NCBI GenBank assembly: GCA_937906285.1
Contig: CALCWL010000077.1
Location: forward strand, 101-64,100
Source: an uncultured Rhodanobacter sp.
GTDB lineage: Bacteria > Pseudomonadota > Gammaproteobacteria > Xanthomonadales > Rhodanobacteraceae
Direction: 5' to 3'
DNA length: 64,000 nucleotides
Under the pieces are notes generated by a model that was not told the DNA's origin, did no database searches, and was given only the letters and a program-made list of their open reading frames with translations. The position numbers were made by a program, and so were the translations under genes. Shown here piece by piece: positions 56,847-64,000 of this stretch. How positions within the stretch are numbered: position 1 is the first letter of the stretch; each line of letters begins with the position of its first letter.

Positions 56847-57110
56847 TCAGCCCACCGCGCGCTCGGACGTCGAGTCGTGCAGCGCCTCGCGCTCGAACTG
56901 GATGACCGCGTCCACGGGGTAGCCGACGCGCTTGGACAGCTTCAGGTAGCGCGGGCCGCGACCTTCGCTGCGCCAGCGCTGCAAAGTCTTGGGGCTGACG
57001 CCCCACCGCTGGGCCAGTTCGTTTTCGTTGAGCACCCGGCGATCACCGGGTGACATGGTGTTGATCGCCTGCTGGGGCGACCGGGGAATGCTGCTGGTTG
57101 GTGTCTGCAT
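56847..57110 (-). CDS. AlpA/excisionase-like HTH protein
   Basis: LNENELAQRWGVSPKTLQRWR..GRGPRYLKL. Confidence 0.8.
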   Translation of the reverse strand: MQTPTSSIPRSPQQAINTMSPGDRRVLNENELAQRWGVSPKTLQRWRSEGRGPRYLKLSKRVGYPVDAVIQFEREALHDSTSERAVG

Positions 57111-57151
57111 GGAATGCTCCTGTGACGTTGTTGGGGAACAGGTGTCATTCC

Positions 57152-57216
57152 AAACTTCGGGTGGCGAACCTTTAAGGGACGCAATGGCGAACCACGCGGA
57201 AACTTCGGGTTCGCCA
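57152..57216. promoter_or_regulatory. Operator-like repeats upstream of the early operon
   Basis: TGGCGAACC at 57162 and 57185, inverted copy 57208-57216; AAACTTCGGGT at 57152 and 57200. Confidence 0.55.
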
Positions 57217-57234
57217 ATCCGCCAGCTCCCGCCC

Positions 57235-57266
57235 AAAAGCAGACGGCGAGCACATGGCTCGCCGTC
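57235..57266 (-). terminator. Putative intrinsic terminator of the recombinase operon
   Basis: GACGGCGAGC/GCTCGCCGTC 10-bp stem followed by TGCTTTT on the minus strand. Confidence 0.6.
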
Positions 57267-57294
57267 GTCATTGGGGAAGTAGGGGATGAAAGGA

Positions 57295-57759
57295 TCAGGC
57301 GCCGGGGAAGCCGAGCAGCCGACGCTGCTCGCCCCAGTCGCGCGGCAGCAGGTCTTCGCGGCCACGCAACGTGTGCAGGTTCAGCTGCCGGGGCTGGCGA
57401 CCTTCGAAAATTGCCTCGACGATGTCCGGGGCCAGCATGGTCATGCGCAGCACCTCGGCCGCCCAGCCCGGCTCCAGTTTCAGCGCACGTGCCAGATCCG
57501 AGGTTGTCGGATGGGTGCCGTCGTCGATCAGCCGCTTCCAGTAGAACGCCTTGCCGAGCGTCTTGATCATCGGCACGTCGAAGCCGCCCGTCGCAGCGGC
57601 GGCGTCGGGCGTGGGCGGAATCAGCAACTTGCGGTTCTGGCGGCGCTTGATGGTCAGCGGCACCAGCGTGACGCGCTGCCCATCGCTGACATAGCTGCGG
57701 GCATCGACTCCGACCTCAATGTGGACTGTGCGTTTGCGCGGGTTCACCGAGGTGGTCAT
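57295..57759 (-). CDS. Recombinase-associated hypothetical protein
   Basis: LAPDIVEAIFEGRQP...LPRDWGEQ resembles the C-terminal extension of phage serine recombinases; ATGA overlap. Confidence 0.65.
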   Translation of the reverse strand: MTTSVNPRKRTVHIEVGVDARSYVSDGQRVTLVPLTIKRRQNRKLLIPPTPDAAAATGGFDVPMIKTLGKAFYWKRLIDDGTHPTTSDLARALKLEPGWAAEVLRMTMLAPDIVEAIFEGRQPRQLNLHTLRGREDLLPRDWGEQRRLLGFPGA

Positions 57760-59180
57760 GCCAGTGCCTCCTCAGGGTTCTCACGGGCTTCCTCGACCAG
57801 CGGATGCGCGCTGATGTCGGCACGGAATCCGATCCAACCGTCCTCGCGCCAGACGATATCCAGTCCATGCCCGTGCAACTGCACCCGCTCGATCAGCAGT
57901 CGTGTGATGCGTTGCTGTTCGGTGGGGAATAACTGCGCCCACACGTCGCCGATGCGCTGCATCGCCACCACCACCTGCGCTTCGTCGAGCGTGCTACCTG
58001 CGGGGTGCTGCTGGCAGGCTCGCCAGACCGCGATCAGCATCTGGGGAGCCGAGAGTGCCGCGTGGATTTGCGCCAGCACCGCGTTCTCGATTTCGGCGGC
58101 GGGCAGATGTCCCACGTCCGGTGTACCGGACGACAGGCTCGCGCCCGCGTTTCGCCGCTTGTGCAGGTACGGGACGTAGTAGCGGTACTGCCGTCCGTTC
58201 TTCTTCTTGACGAAGGAGTGCAGCATGCGTTGCCCGTCAGGCGCGAACAGCAGACCCGCCAGCAGTGCCGGATGCTTGGCTGCGTGCTCGCGCGGCGCTT
58301 GCTTGCGTCGTTCGATGAAGGCATATACAGCGTCCCATAGGGCCGGGGGGACGATGGCCTCGTGCTGACCCGGATACCACTGCTCGTTGTGAGAAATTTC
58401 GCCGAGGTAGATACGGTTGCGCAGCATCGTGAAGAGGTACTGCTGGTCGATGGTGCGGCCCGAGCGTTCGCGCCCGGTCTGCGTCACCCACGTCTTGGTG
58501 GTGTGGCCTTCGATGACCAGTTCGCGCACGAGCCGCGCCGCCGAGCCATGCTCGCCGTAGCGCCTGAATATGTCGCGCACCAATGCCGCCTCGCGTTCGT
58601 TGACGACGAGCTTGCGCTCGACCACGTCATAGCCCAGGGGCGGCACGCCGCCCATCCACATGCCCTTGGCCTTGCTGGCGGCGATCTTGTCGCGGATGCG
58701 CTCGCCGGTGACTTCGCGCTCGAACTGTGCGAAGGACAGCAGGATGTTGAGCGTCAGCCGTCCCATTGAGGTCGTGGTGTTGAACTGCTGTGTGACCGAG
58801 ACGAAGGACACGCCGTTGCGGTCGAACACCTCCACCAGCTTGGCGAAATCTGGCAGGCTGCGTGTGAGGCGGTCGATCTTGTAGACGACCACGGTGTCGA
58901 TCTTCCCGGCTTCGATGTCGACCATCAGGCGGCGCAAGGCGGGACGATCCACGTTGCCGCCAGAGTAGCCGCCATCGTCGTAGCCGTCGCCGACGGCGAT
59001 CCAGCCTTCGTGCCGTTGGCTGGCGATGAAGGCGAGGCCTGCGTCGCGCTGGGCTTCGAGACTGTTGTATTCCTGATCCAGCCCTTCGTCGGTGGATTTG
59101 CGGGTGTAGACGGCGCAGCGCTTCTTCGGCGTGATGCTCTGGCTGCCCGGGGGCAGCGGATTGGCGCGCGGCGACCTCAT
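57756..59180 (-). CDS. Large serine recombinase (integrase)
   Basis: AVYTRKST, YDDGGYSG, VYKIDRLTRS, SFAQFERE, GGVPPLGY. Confidence 0.93.
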   Translation of the reverse strand: MRSPRANPLPPGSQSITPKKRCAVYTRKSTDEGLDQEYNSLEAQRDAGLAFIASQRHEGWIAVGDGYDDGGYSGGNVDRPALRRLMVDIEAGKIDTVVVYKIDRLTRSLPDFAKLVEVFDRNGVSFVSVTQQFNTTTSMGRLTLNILLSFAQFEREVTGERIRDKIAASKAKGMWMGGVPPLGYDVVERKLVVNEREAALVRDIFRRYGEHGSAARLVRELVIEGHTTKTWVTQTGRERSGRTIDQQYLFTMLRNRIYLGEISHNEQWYPGQHEAIVPPALWDAVYAFIERRKQAPREHAAKHPALLAGLLFAPDGQRMLHSFVKKKNGRQYRYYVPYLHKRRNAGASLSSGTPDVGHLPAAEIENAVLAQIHAALSAPQMLIAVWRACQQHPAGSTLDEAQVVVAMQRIGDVWAQLFPTEQQRITRLLIERVQLHGHGLDIVWREDGWIGFRADISAHPLVEEARENPEEALA

Positions 59181-59647
59181 GCCATCACCTTCTTCGATGC
59201 CGGCGACTTGAGGCCGAAGAACACGGGACCCGACCAGTGGCTGCCCGTGATGTGGCCCGCAATCGCGGACAGGCTCTTGAAGCGTTGCCCTTGGTATTCG
59301 AAATCGTTCGAGCCGCGCACCAGCACGCGATGCTCGACGTCGTCGTAGATGCGCGTGAGGATGGTGCCGGGCAGCAGGCGCTGGCTGTCGCTGCGCAGTT
59401 GCTTGGGCAGGATTCCGGTTTCGCCGACTTCCTCGAGCTTCTTGCGCAGCGAAGGTCTCAGGCCACCGAAGGCACGTTCCTGAATCCGGTAGGCCAGTCG
59501 GCTCTCCAGCCAAGTGCGATGGTGATGGCCGGGGCGCTCATCAAAGTGGTCATCCCAGAGGGCCCAGAGGTCGTCCATCGAAAGATGGGGAAGCGCCGCG
59601 ACACGTGCGGCGACCGAGGTGGTGGATGGTTGTGCGTGTGCCGTCAT
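59177..59647 (-). CDS. DUF2924 domain protein
   Basis: RLAYRIQERAFGGL, PGTILTR, KSLSAIA..ITGSHWSGPVFFGL. Confidence 0.85.
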   Translation of the reverse strand: MTAHAQPSTTSVAARVAALPHLSMDDLWALWDDHFDERPGHHHRTWLESRLAYRIQERAFGGLRPSLRKKLEEVGETGILPKQLRSDSQRLLPGTILTRIYDDVEHRVLVRGSNDFEYQGQRFKSLSAIAGHITGSHWSGPVFFGLKSPASKKVMA

Positions 59648-59859
59648 GGGCGAACTCCGTTGTTGTGATCGGGGTTCGCATTCACGCGCTGTTGGCCGGG
59701 GAAGCCAAGGCGAACGCACTCGCTGGTTTCGATGGTGTCGCGCGACGGACGCGCGCGCAGGCGCAGGAGTGCAGCGGCCAGCAGGTCGGCGATTTCCTGC
59801 TGCGCGTGCCGGGGGCAGTCAGACGGCGGGGAAATGGAGATGGGTTCGATTTTTGTCAT
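59644..59859 (-). CDS. Small hypothetical protein
   Basis: 71 aa, ATGA overlap with DUF2924 gene; contains motif copy 5. Confidence 0.45.
   Translation of the reverse strand: MTKIEPISISPPSDCPRHAQQEIADLLAAALLRLRARPSRDTIETSECVRLGFPGQQRVNANPDHNNGVRP
59681..59710 (-). promoter_or_regulatory. Repeated motif copy 5
   Basis: Minus strand reads ccttggcttccccggccaacagcgcgtgaa. Confidence 0.6.
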
Positions 59860-59948
59860 GGCAGGCGTTTCGATGGAAAACGCTGCTCATGCTAAAAACC
59901 GAGGGCACTTCGCGTAACGTGATTTAGCGGGAGTGCGCGGGGTTGGTG

Positions 59949-60821
59949 TTATGCCTGTTTGGCCCGATACCAAGCCGCGCGCTGGCCGCCCACATCACGA
60001 TATCGAAGCTCGAACAGGCGCGATTCGTGTACGACCTGCCGCCAACTGCTGCAACCGTACTTGACGGGCAGGTGTTCGGGGTGCCGCTCTGCGATCCAGC
60101 GTCCTGCCGATGCAACCGGTGCCCAGCCATCGACGGCCAGTTCAGCGGCGGCATCCCGCAGCGCGCGCACGATCCCTGCGGCAGGCCAATCCACCGAACC
60201 GTCCAGCGCGATGCCGTGGATCACCAGATCGTGGAACGCATCGGACTGGGCGAATTCCGCCGCCAGCCGTCGGACCTGATCCATGTGCTCGGCCCAGCCC
60301 CGCAGTTGTTCGAAGTGCTGATCGATGCGACTGTAGGCGGCCTTCAGGGTGTCGTGTGCGCCACGGCATCCGTCCAGGCTCCAAAGGTCATGCTGGTCGA
60401 TGAAATGATGCACCAGGTTGTTCCGCACCAGCACCAGTTCCTTCAGGTCATTTTGCGTCCTGTCGTAGTCCTCGACCGACATGCGCAGGCTCATCTTTAC
60501 CTTGAACGAGATGATGTCGTCGCGTGCATCGGGCGCGGAAGCATCCTCCCTCTCGTCGGTAGTGACATACGAACCGAGAAGTGTGCCGACCAAGGTGCCC
60601 AGCGTTTTGCTGGCGGCATCCGCGATGCGCTGCTCCTGATTCGACTCCAACGGTGATCCAGAGGCCGAGATTTCGTGGTGGGCCACGATGGCTTTCATCA
60701 ACTTCTCGTACTGCTGCAGGCGCAAGACGCAGCGACCCAGTAATCGCTGAACCTCACGCTGAAGCGTCTGTAGTGTGTCGTCGACAGGCAGTGTCGTCAT
60801 GTATGTATCGGCCGCGATCAC
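59949..60821 (-). CDS. HEPN-like domain + OST-HTH/LOTUS domain protein (alternative start 60800)
   Basis: RNNLVH (RxxxxH); C-terminal GWAPV..AG......P...P.KYGCSSWRQVVHESRLFE. Confidence 0.65.
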   Translation of the reverse strand: MIAADTYMTTLPVDDTLQTLQREVQRLLGRCVLRLQQYEKLMKAIVAHHEISASGSPLESNQEQRIADAASKTLGTLVGTLLGSYVTTDEREDASAPDARDDIISFKVKMSLRMSVEDYDRTQNDLKELVLVRNNLVHHFIDQHDLWSLDGCRGAHDTLKAAYSRIDQHFEQLRGWAEHMDQVRRLAAEFAQSDAFHDLVIHGIALDGSVDWPAAGIVRALRDAAAELAVDGWAPVASAGRWIAERHPEHLPVKYGCSSWRQVVHESRLFELRYRDVGGQRAAWYRAKQA

Positions 60822-60824
60822 GGA

Positions 60825-62726
60825 TCAGACATCGATGGGTGACGTCTTCCAAACATCCTGCGCCAAGGTGATCAGTAGCCCGTGGCGAGCCTCGATGGCC
60901 TTTGCGTCCCAAGCAGGGAACGCCTTCAACTTCTCGTTGATCCGGGAAATAGATGTGTTCTGTCCGACACTGGTCAATTCAACGAGGCTGCGGGTCAGGT
61001 AGTTGCCGCTCTTGCGGTACTCGGCCTGTTTCGCCGTGTAGAAGTCATTGCCCGCGACGATGTTGATGGGCTTCTCCAGCAAGGTCAGGTTTCCCAGCCG
61101 ATTCTTGTAGTCGTCGTAGCCCATCCCCGGGTTCTCGGTGGCCCACTTGCCGCGCAGACCGTCCTCCGGCTTGTTGGGCAGGATGTGCTCGATTTCCAGA
61201 TTGGTGAACGGTTCCAGACTGCCCGGCGTTTTCAAGCCGCTGAACGCCATCTCGACGTGCTGTGTCAGCCGCGCCAGCAAGTAGCGTGTCCGGTACTGCT
61301 GCATCGAATGCAGCGTGAAGCGCCGGAGCGCATCCACCAGCTCCTGCGACTTACCTGCCATGTTCGTGTCGAAGCGCTCGGCGATAAAGGCGTTGAGCTG
61401 CACCTTCTGCTTCACAGGATCGGTCGCGCCAGCGATCGCGCGCAGTTCATCGGCCCACTGGGAGAAACTGCGCTCCAGATCTTTGGTCGGCGTCTTGGTG
61501 AAGATGTAGTAGAAGAGGAAGCTCTCCAACTGCGCCACGAAATGGTCGAACAGCGTCTTCGGGAGACTGGCCGCCGCCAGAAGCAGGACGTAGTGCAAGC
61601 TGAATGCACCGCCTGCCAGTCGCTTGAGACTGTCCATCACAAGGCTGGGCTTGCCGTCGTTGCCCAGCCCGTTCGAGAACGCGAGATAGTGCTCGACGTT
61701 GCGGATGACCTTGCGGACGAACTCGAAGGGCTTGTTGGCGTAGTCGCACAGCGCCGCGTTGTCCTTGTCCACGAACCAGTCGTAGATTTCGTCCTCGCGC
61801 ACCACGGCGTCGCCACGGTCGTTCTTGATGACGTAGTTCGCCATCAGGAAGTAGCGCAAGAAGCGCAGCGGTTTTTCCTTCTCCTTCTCCAGCGGCTTGG
61901 TGATCTTCTTCCATTCGTCCTTGAGCTGGGTGAATTGCACCTGCTGCACCTGCGTGAACAGCAGGTTCTTCAGCAAGTCCATCGGGTTGAGGCCGACGCC
62001 GCGCTCGTTGATGGTCTCGAAGATTTTCAGGGCGCTGCTCACGTCCGTGGAAATCTGGATGAACACCACGTTGTTGGCCAGATAGCCCCAGTACTTTTTC
62101 AGCTTGGCCGCGCTGTCGTAGTTGTCCTTCAGGTACCGGTACAACGTGCTGTAGGCGTTGACCAAGTTTTCCAGTGATCCGAAGCTGGCGATGCCCGACG
62201 ATTGAATGCCCGCCCGCACGGCGAGCGGATCCGTGCTGGCGCTGGGGAGCGTGAAGCGCGGCGACGATTGAATGCCCGCCCGCACGGCGAGCGGATCGGC
62301 GTCGAGTTCCACCAGCTTGGTCATGACATCGCCCGCGTTCTCATAGCGCGGCTCCAGCTTCAGACTGGTTCGCGTCTCGCCGTCGCTGTCCGTGTAGCTG
62401 GTCGAGATCAAGCCGCTGACGGTTTGCCGCTGTGGCTCGCCCTGAAACAGATGCTTCAGCGCGCACAGCAACAGGAAGAACGTGGTCAGGCGCTGCTGGC
62501 CGTCGATAACCTCGTAGTGGTTCTTCTGGTCGGTCGGCGACACCAGCACGGTACCGATGAAGTATTCCCGCGTCGTGCCCGCATCGATTTGTTCACCAAT
62601 ATCCTCCAGCAGCTGGTGCACTTCCTTGTCCGTCCAGACGTACTCCCGCTGGTAGTCCGGGACGATGTAGAAGCACTCCCTGAATGCCTCCTCGATGCTG
62701 TATTTGTGGTTTTCGATGCGGGCCAT
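60825..62726 (-). CDS. DUF262 + DUF1524 (GmrSD-like) nuclease
   Basis: VPDYQREYVW, IDGQQRLTT, FETINERG; IEHILP...LGNLTLL...N (HNH). Confidence 0.9.
   Translation of the reverse strand: MARIENHKYSIEEAFRECFYIVPDYQREYVWTDKEVHQLLEDIGEQIDAGTTREYFIGTVLVSPTDQKNHYEVIDGQQRLTTFFLLLCALKHLFQGEPQRQTVSGLISTSYTDSDGETRTSLKLEPRYENAGDVMTKLVELDADPLAVRAGIQSSPRFTLPSASTDPLAVRAGIQSSGIASFGSLENLVNAYSTLYRYLKDNYDSAAKLKKYWGYLANNVVFIQISTDVSSALKIFETINERGVGLNPMDLLKNLLFTQVQQVQFTQLKDEWKKITKPLEKEKEKPLRFLRYFLMANYVIKNDRGDAVVREDEIYDWFVDKDNAALCDYANKPFEFVRKVIRNVEHYLAFSNGLGNDGKPSLVMDSLKRLAGGAFSLHYVLLLAAASLPKTLFDHFVAQLESFLFYYIFTKTPTKDLERSFSQWADELRAIAGATDPVKQKVQLNAFIAERFDTNMAGKSQELVDALRRFTLHSMQQYRTRYLLARLTQHVEMAFSGLKTPGSLEPFTNLEIEHILPNKPEDGLRGKWATENPGMGYDDYKNRLGNLTLLEKPINIVAGNDFYTAKQAEYRKSGNYLTRSLVELTSVGQNTSISRINEKLKAFPAWDAKAIEARHGLLITLAQDVWKTSPIDV
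62196..62297. repeat. Perfect 36-bp direct repeat around a 30-bp insert, in frame within the GmrSD-like gene
   Basis: cgacgattgaatgcccgcccgcacggcgagcggatc at 62196-62231 and 62262-62297. Confidence 0.95.
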
Positions 62727-62748
62727 GTTGTTCTTCCCTCTTCGTTCT

Positions 62749-63687
62749 TCAAATCAATCGTTGATCCGGCAACTGACCGTTCGACACGAATTGGTCGTAA
62801 CTGTCGAAGCTGTCCCCGTCTTGCCAGGACCGATCCCATGCACGCGGCTCGGCGCTTTCGAGCAGGAGCAGCGTGAGGATGCGATCACGCGCGCCGTAGC
62901 TGTGCTTGAACTCGCGCAACTTCATGTGCGGTGCCTCCTCTGGACACCAGATCGCGGCTGACATTTCCGCGCCATCCCACTCCTGCTCGATGCTGGCGTC
63001 GGCGGCCAGCGTGCCCGGCAGAGGTTCCTGCGGATCACCGTTGCGTCGAATGCGTGCTCGCGTCTTGACGGCGCTGCTGCTGCGCCATTCGTACTTCGCG
63101 TAGCCGTTGTCCCAATAGACGAGGATCGCGCGCTGCGGGGTGAATTTGATGAAGCGGATGCACAGCGCCTCGAACGAAACCTGGAATCGTTTGGCCATGG
63201 CGCTGAGGACGTGCAGGTCGATGCGCTGGTTCGAGATCCACTCGCGCAGCAGATCACCGGGCATCAGCAGGTTGCTGGCGAAGTCGTCGGCCTCGCGCTC
63301 GATGACGCGGATGGTGTCGATGCCGGAATAGACGCTTTCCTTGTCGCAGTTGAAGCTTTGCCGCTGACCGCGATGGAGAATGAAGTGACCCAGCTCGTGG
63401 GCGATGGTGAAGCGTCGGCGCTCAGGGCTGGCCTTGCCGTTGTAGAAGATGCCCCACTCGGCGGTGTCGTTCGGGTTGCGCACCAACATGCCTTCGCAGC
63501 TGTCGATGTCGAGCACCATCGGGGTCCTGATCTCCCGAACGCCTGCGCCGTAGGGCGTGGACGGCAGCATCTGCCGGACGATATCCAGATCGACGGCATC
63601 GGGCACGCCTTCGCGGTGCCACGCCCGCAACCACTTCTGGAGGGTGTTGGCGGCAATGGAACCAGTGAGGGCCTGCGCTGCGCTCAA
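62749..63687 (-). CDS. ImmA/IrrE family metallopeptidase (CapP-like)
   Basis: RRRFTIAHELGH, EREADDFASNLLMP, downstream HTH and GAF-like regions. Confidence 0.88.
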   Translation of the reverse strand: MSAAQALTGSIAANTLQKWLRAWHREGVPDAVDLDIVRQMLPSTPYGAGVREIRTPMVLDIDSCEGMLVRNPNDTAEWGIFYNGKASPERRRFTIAHELGHFILHRGQRQSFNCDKESVYSGIDTIRVIEREADDFASNLLMPGDLLREWISNQRIDLHVLSAMAKRFQVSFEALCIRFIKFTPQRAILVYWDNGYAKYEWRSSSAVKTRARIRRNGDPQEPLPGTLAADASIEQEWDGAEMSAAIWCPEEAPHMKLREFKHSYGARDRILTLLLLESAEPRAWDRSWQDGDSFDSYDQFVSNGQLPDQRLI

Positions 63688-63690
63688 TCC

Positions 63691-63999
63691 TCAGCCCCCG
63701 CTTTCGCCCTTGTCGGGGAACATGATCTTGAGCGCCTGCCGGTAGCGATCCTTTTCCTCGTCCGTCATCCCCGCGTACTCGCGGAAAAAGGCCACGTCCT
63801 CGGGGCTGGCTTGGGGAACCTCTTTGATCGGCTCGCCCATCACGTCTGCCATCGTCACGCCCAGCACCTTAGCGATGGCCTGAATCCGTTCTGCGGACGG
63901 GCGCTGCCCGTCCTTCATTTCCAGTTCCCAGATGTAGGCCTTGGTGCAGCCGACCGCGTCGGCGACCTGCTGCAGGGTCAACTTCTTCGCCTCACGCAA
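63691..63999 (-). CDS. XRE-family HTH repressor (CapH-like), 5' end outside window
   Basis: LTLQQVADAVGCTKAYIWELE....RPSA. Confidence 0.85.
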   Translation of the reverse strand: MREAKKLTLQQVADAVGCTKAYIWELEMKDGQRPSAERIQAIAKVLGVTMADVMGEPIKEVPQASPEDVAFFREYAGMTDEEKDRYRQALKIMFPDKGESGG

Positions 64000-64000
64000 G

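Larger units (their letters stand above)
18639..59860 (-). mobile_element. Lambda-like siphovirus prophage with large serine recombinase (boundaries approximate)
   Basis: Ordered recombinase, replication, terminase, portal, capsid, tail and lysis modules; no sheath gene recognised; att sites not identified. Confidence 0.9.

Noticed and set aside
19010..59920. Weak inverted similarity GCGAAGT(C)GCCC near both prophage ends as att sites
   Set aside because: Short, gapped and unconvincing; no clear direct repeat found by eye
62196..62297. 36-bp repeat/30-bp spacer geometry resembling a type II mini-CRISPR; 62231-62250 matches 51202-51221 (primase) at 19/20
   Set aside because: Only two repeats, the repeat is ordinary coding sequence, no cas genes or leader; the match covers only part of the insert and is GC-rich, so chance is plausible

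Overview
GC-rich, probably betaproteobacterial (inference) accessory region in three parts. (1) 1-18634, all on the + strand: the tail of an AAA+ ATPase, then a cluster of uncharacterised membrane/secreted proteins that share short N-terminal tags in pairs, then a translationally coupled type I restriction-modification operon (HTH-hsdM-X-hsdS-rhuM-hsdR-hrgA-like). In it X is a phosphoribosyltransferase-like gene and HsdS carries an in-frame N-terminal NADAR (YbiA-like) hydrolase. This PRTase + NADAR-HsdS module is the best candidate for an undescribed system: a writer/eraser or toxin-antitoxin pair physically tied to a restriction complex. (2) ~18640-59860, mostly - strand: an apparently complete lambda-like (GpA terminase, non-contractile tail) prophage with serine recombinase, replication, two ParB-methyltransferases, head, tail and lysis modules. 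It also has a lambda-spaced cosQ/cosN-like site, a -1 frameshift tail chaperone, an embedded o-spanin, and a 30-bp motif repeated five times in front of small genes. (3) 59949-64000, - strand: a defence-like cluster of XRE HTH + HExxH peptidase (CapH/CapP-like), a DUF262-DUF1524 (GmrSD-like) nuclease with a 66-bp in-frame duplication/insertion, and a HEPN-like/LOTUS fusion. All family assignments come from motif recognition by eye; no database searches were run. No rRNA, tRNA or CRISPR array was recognised.
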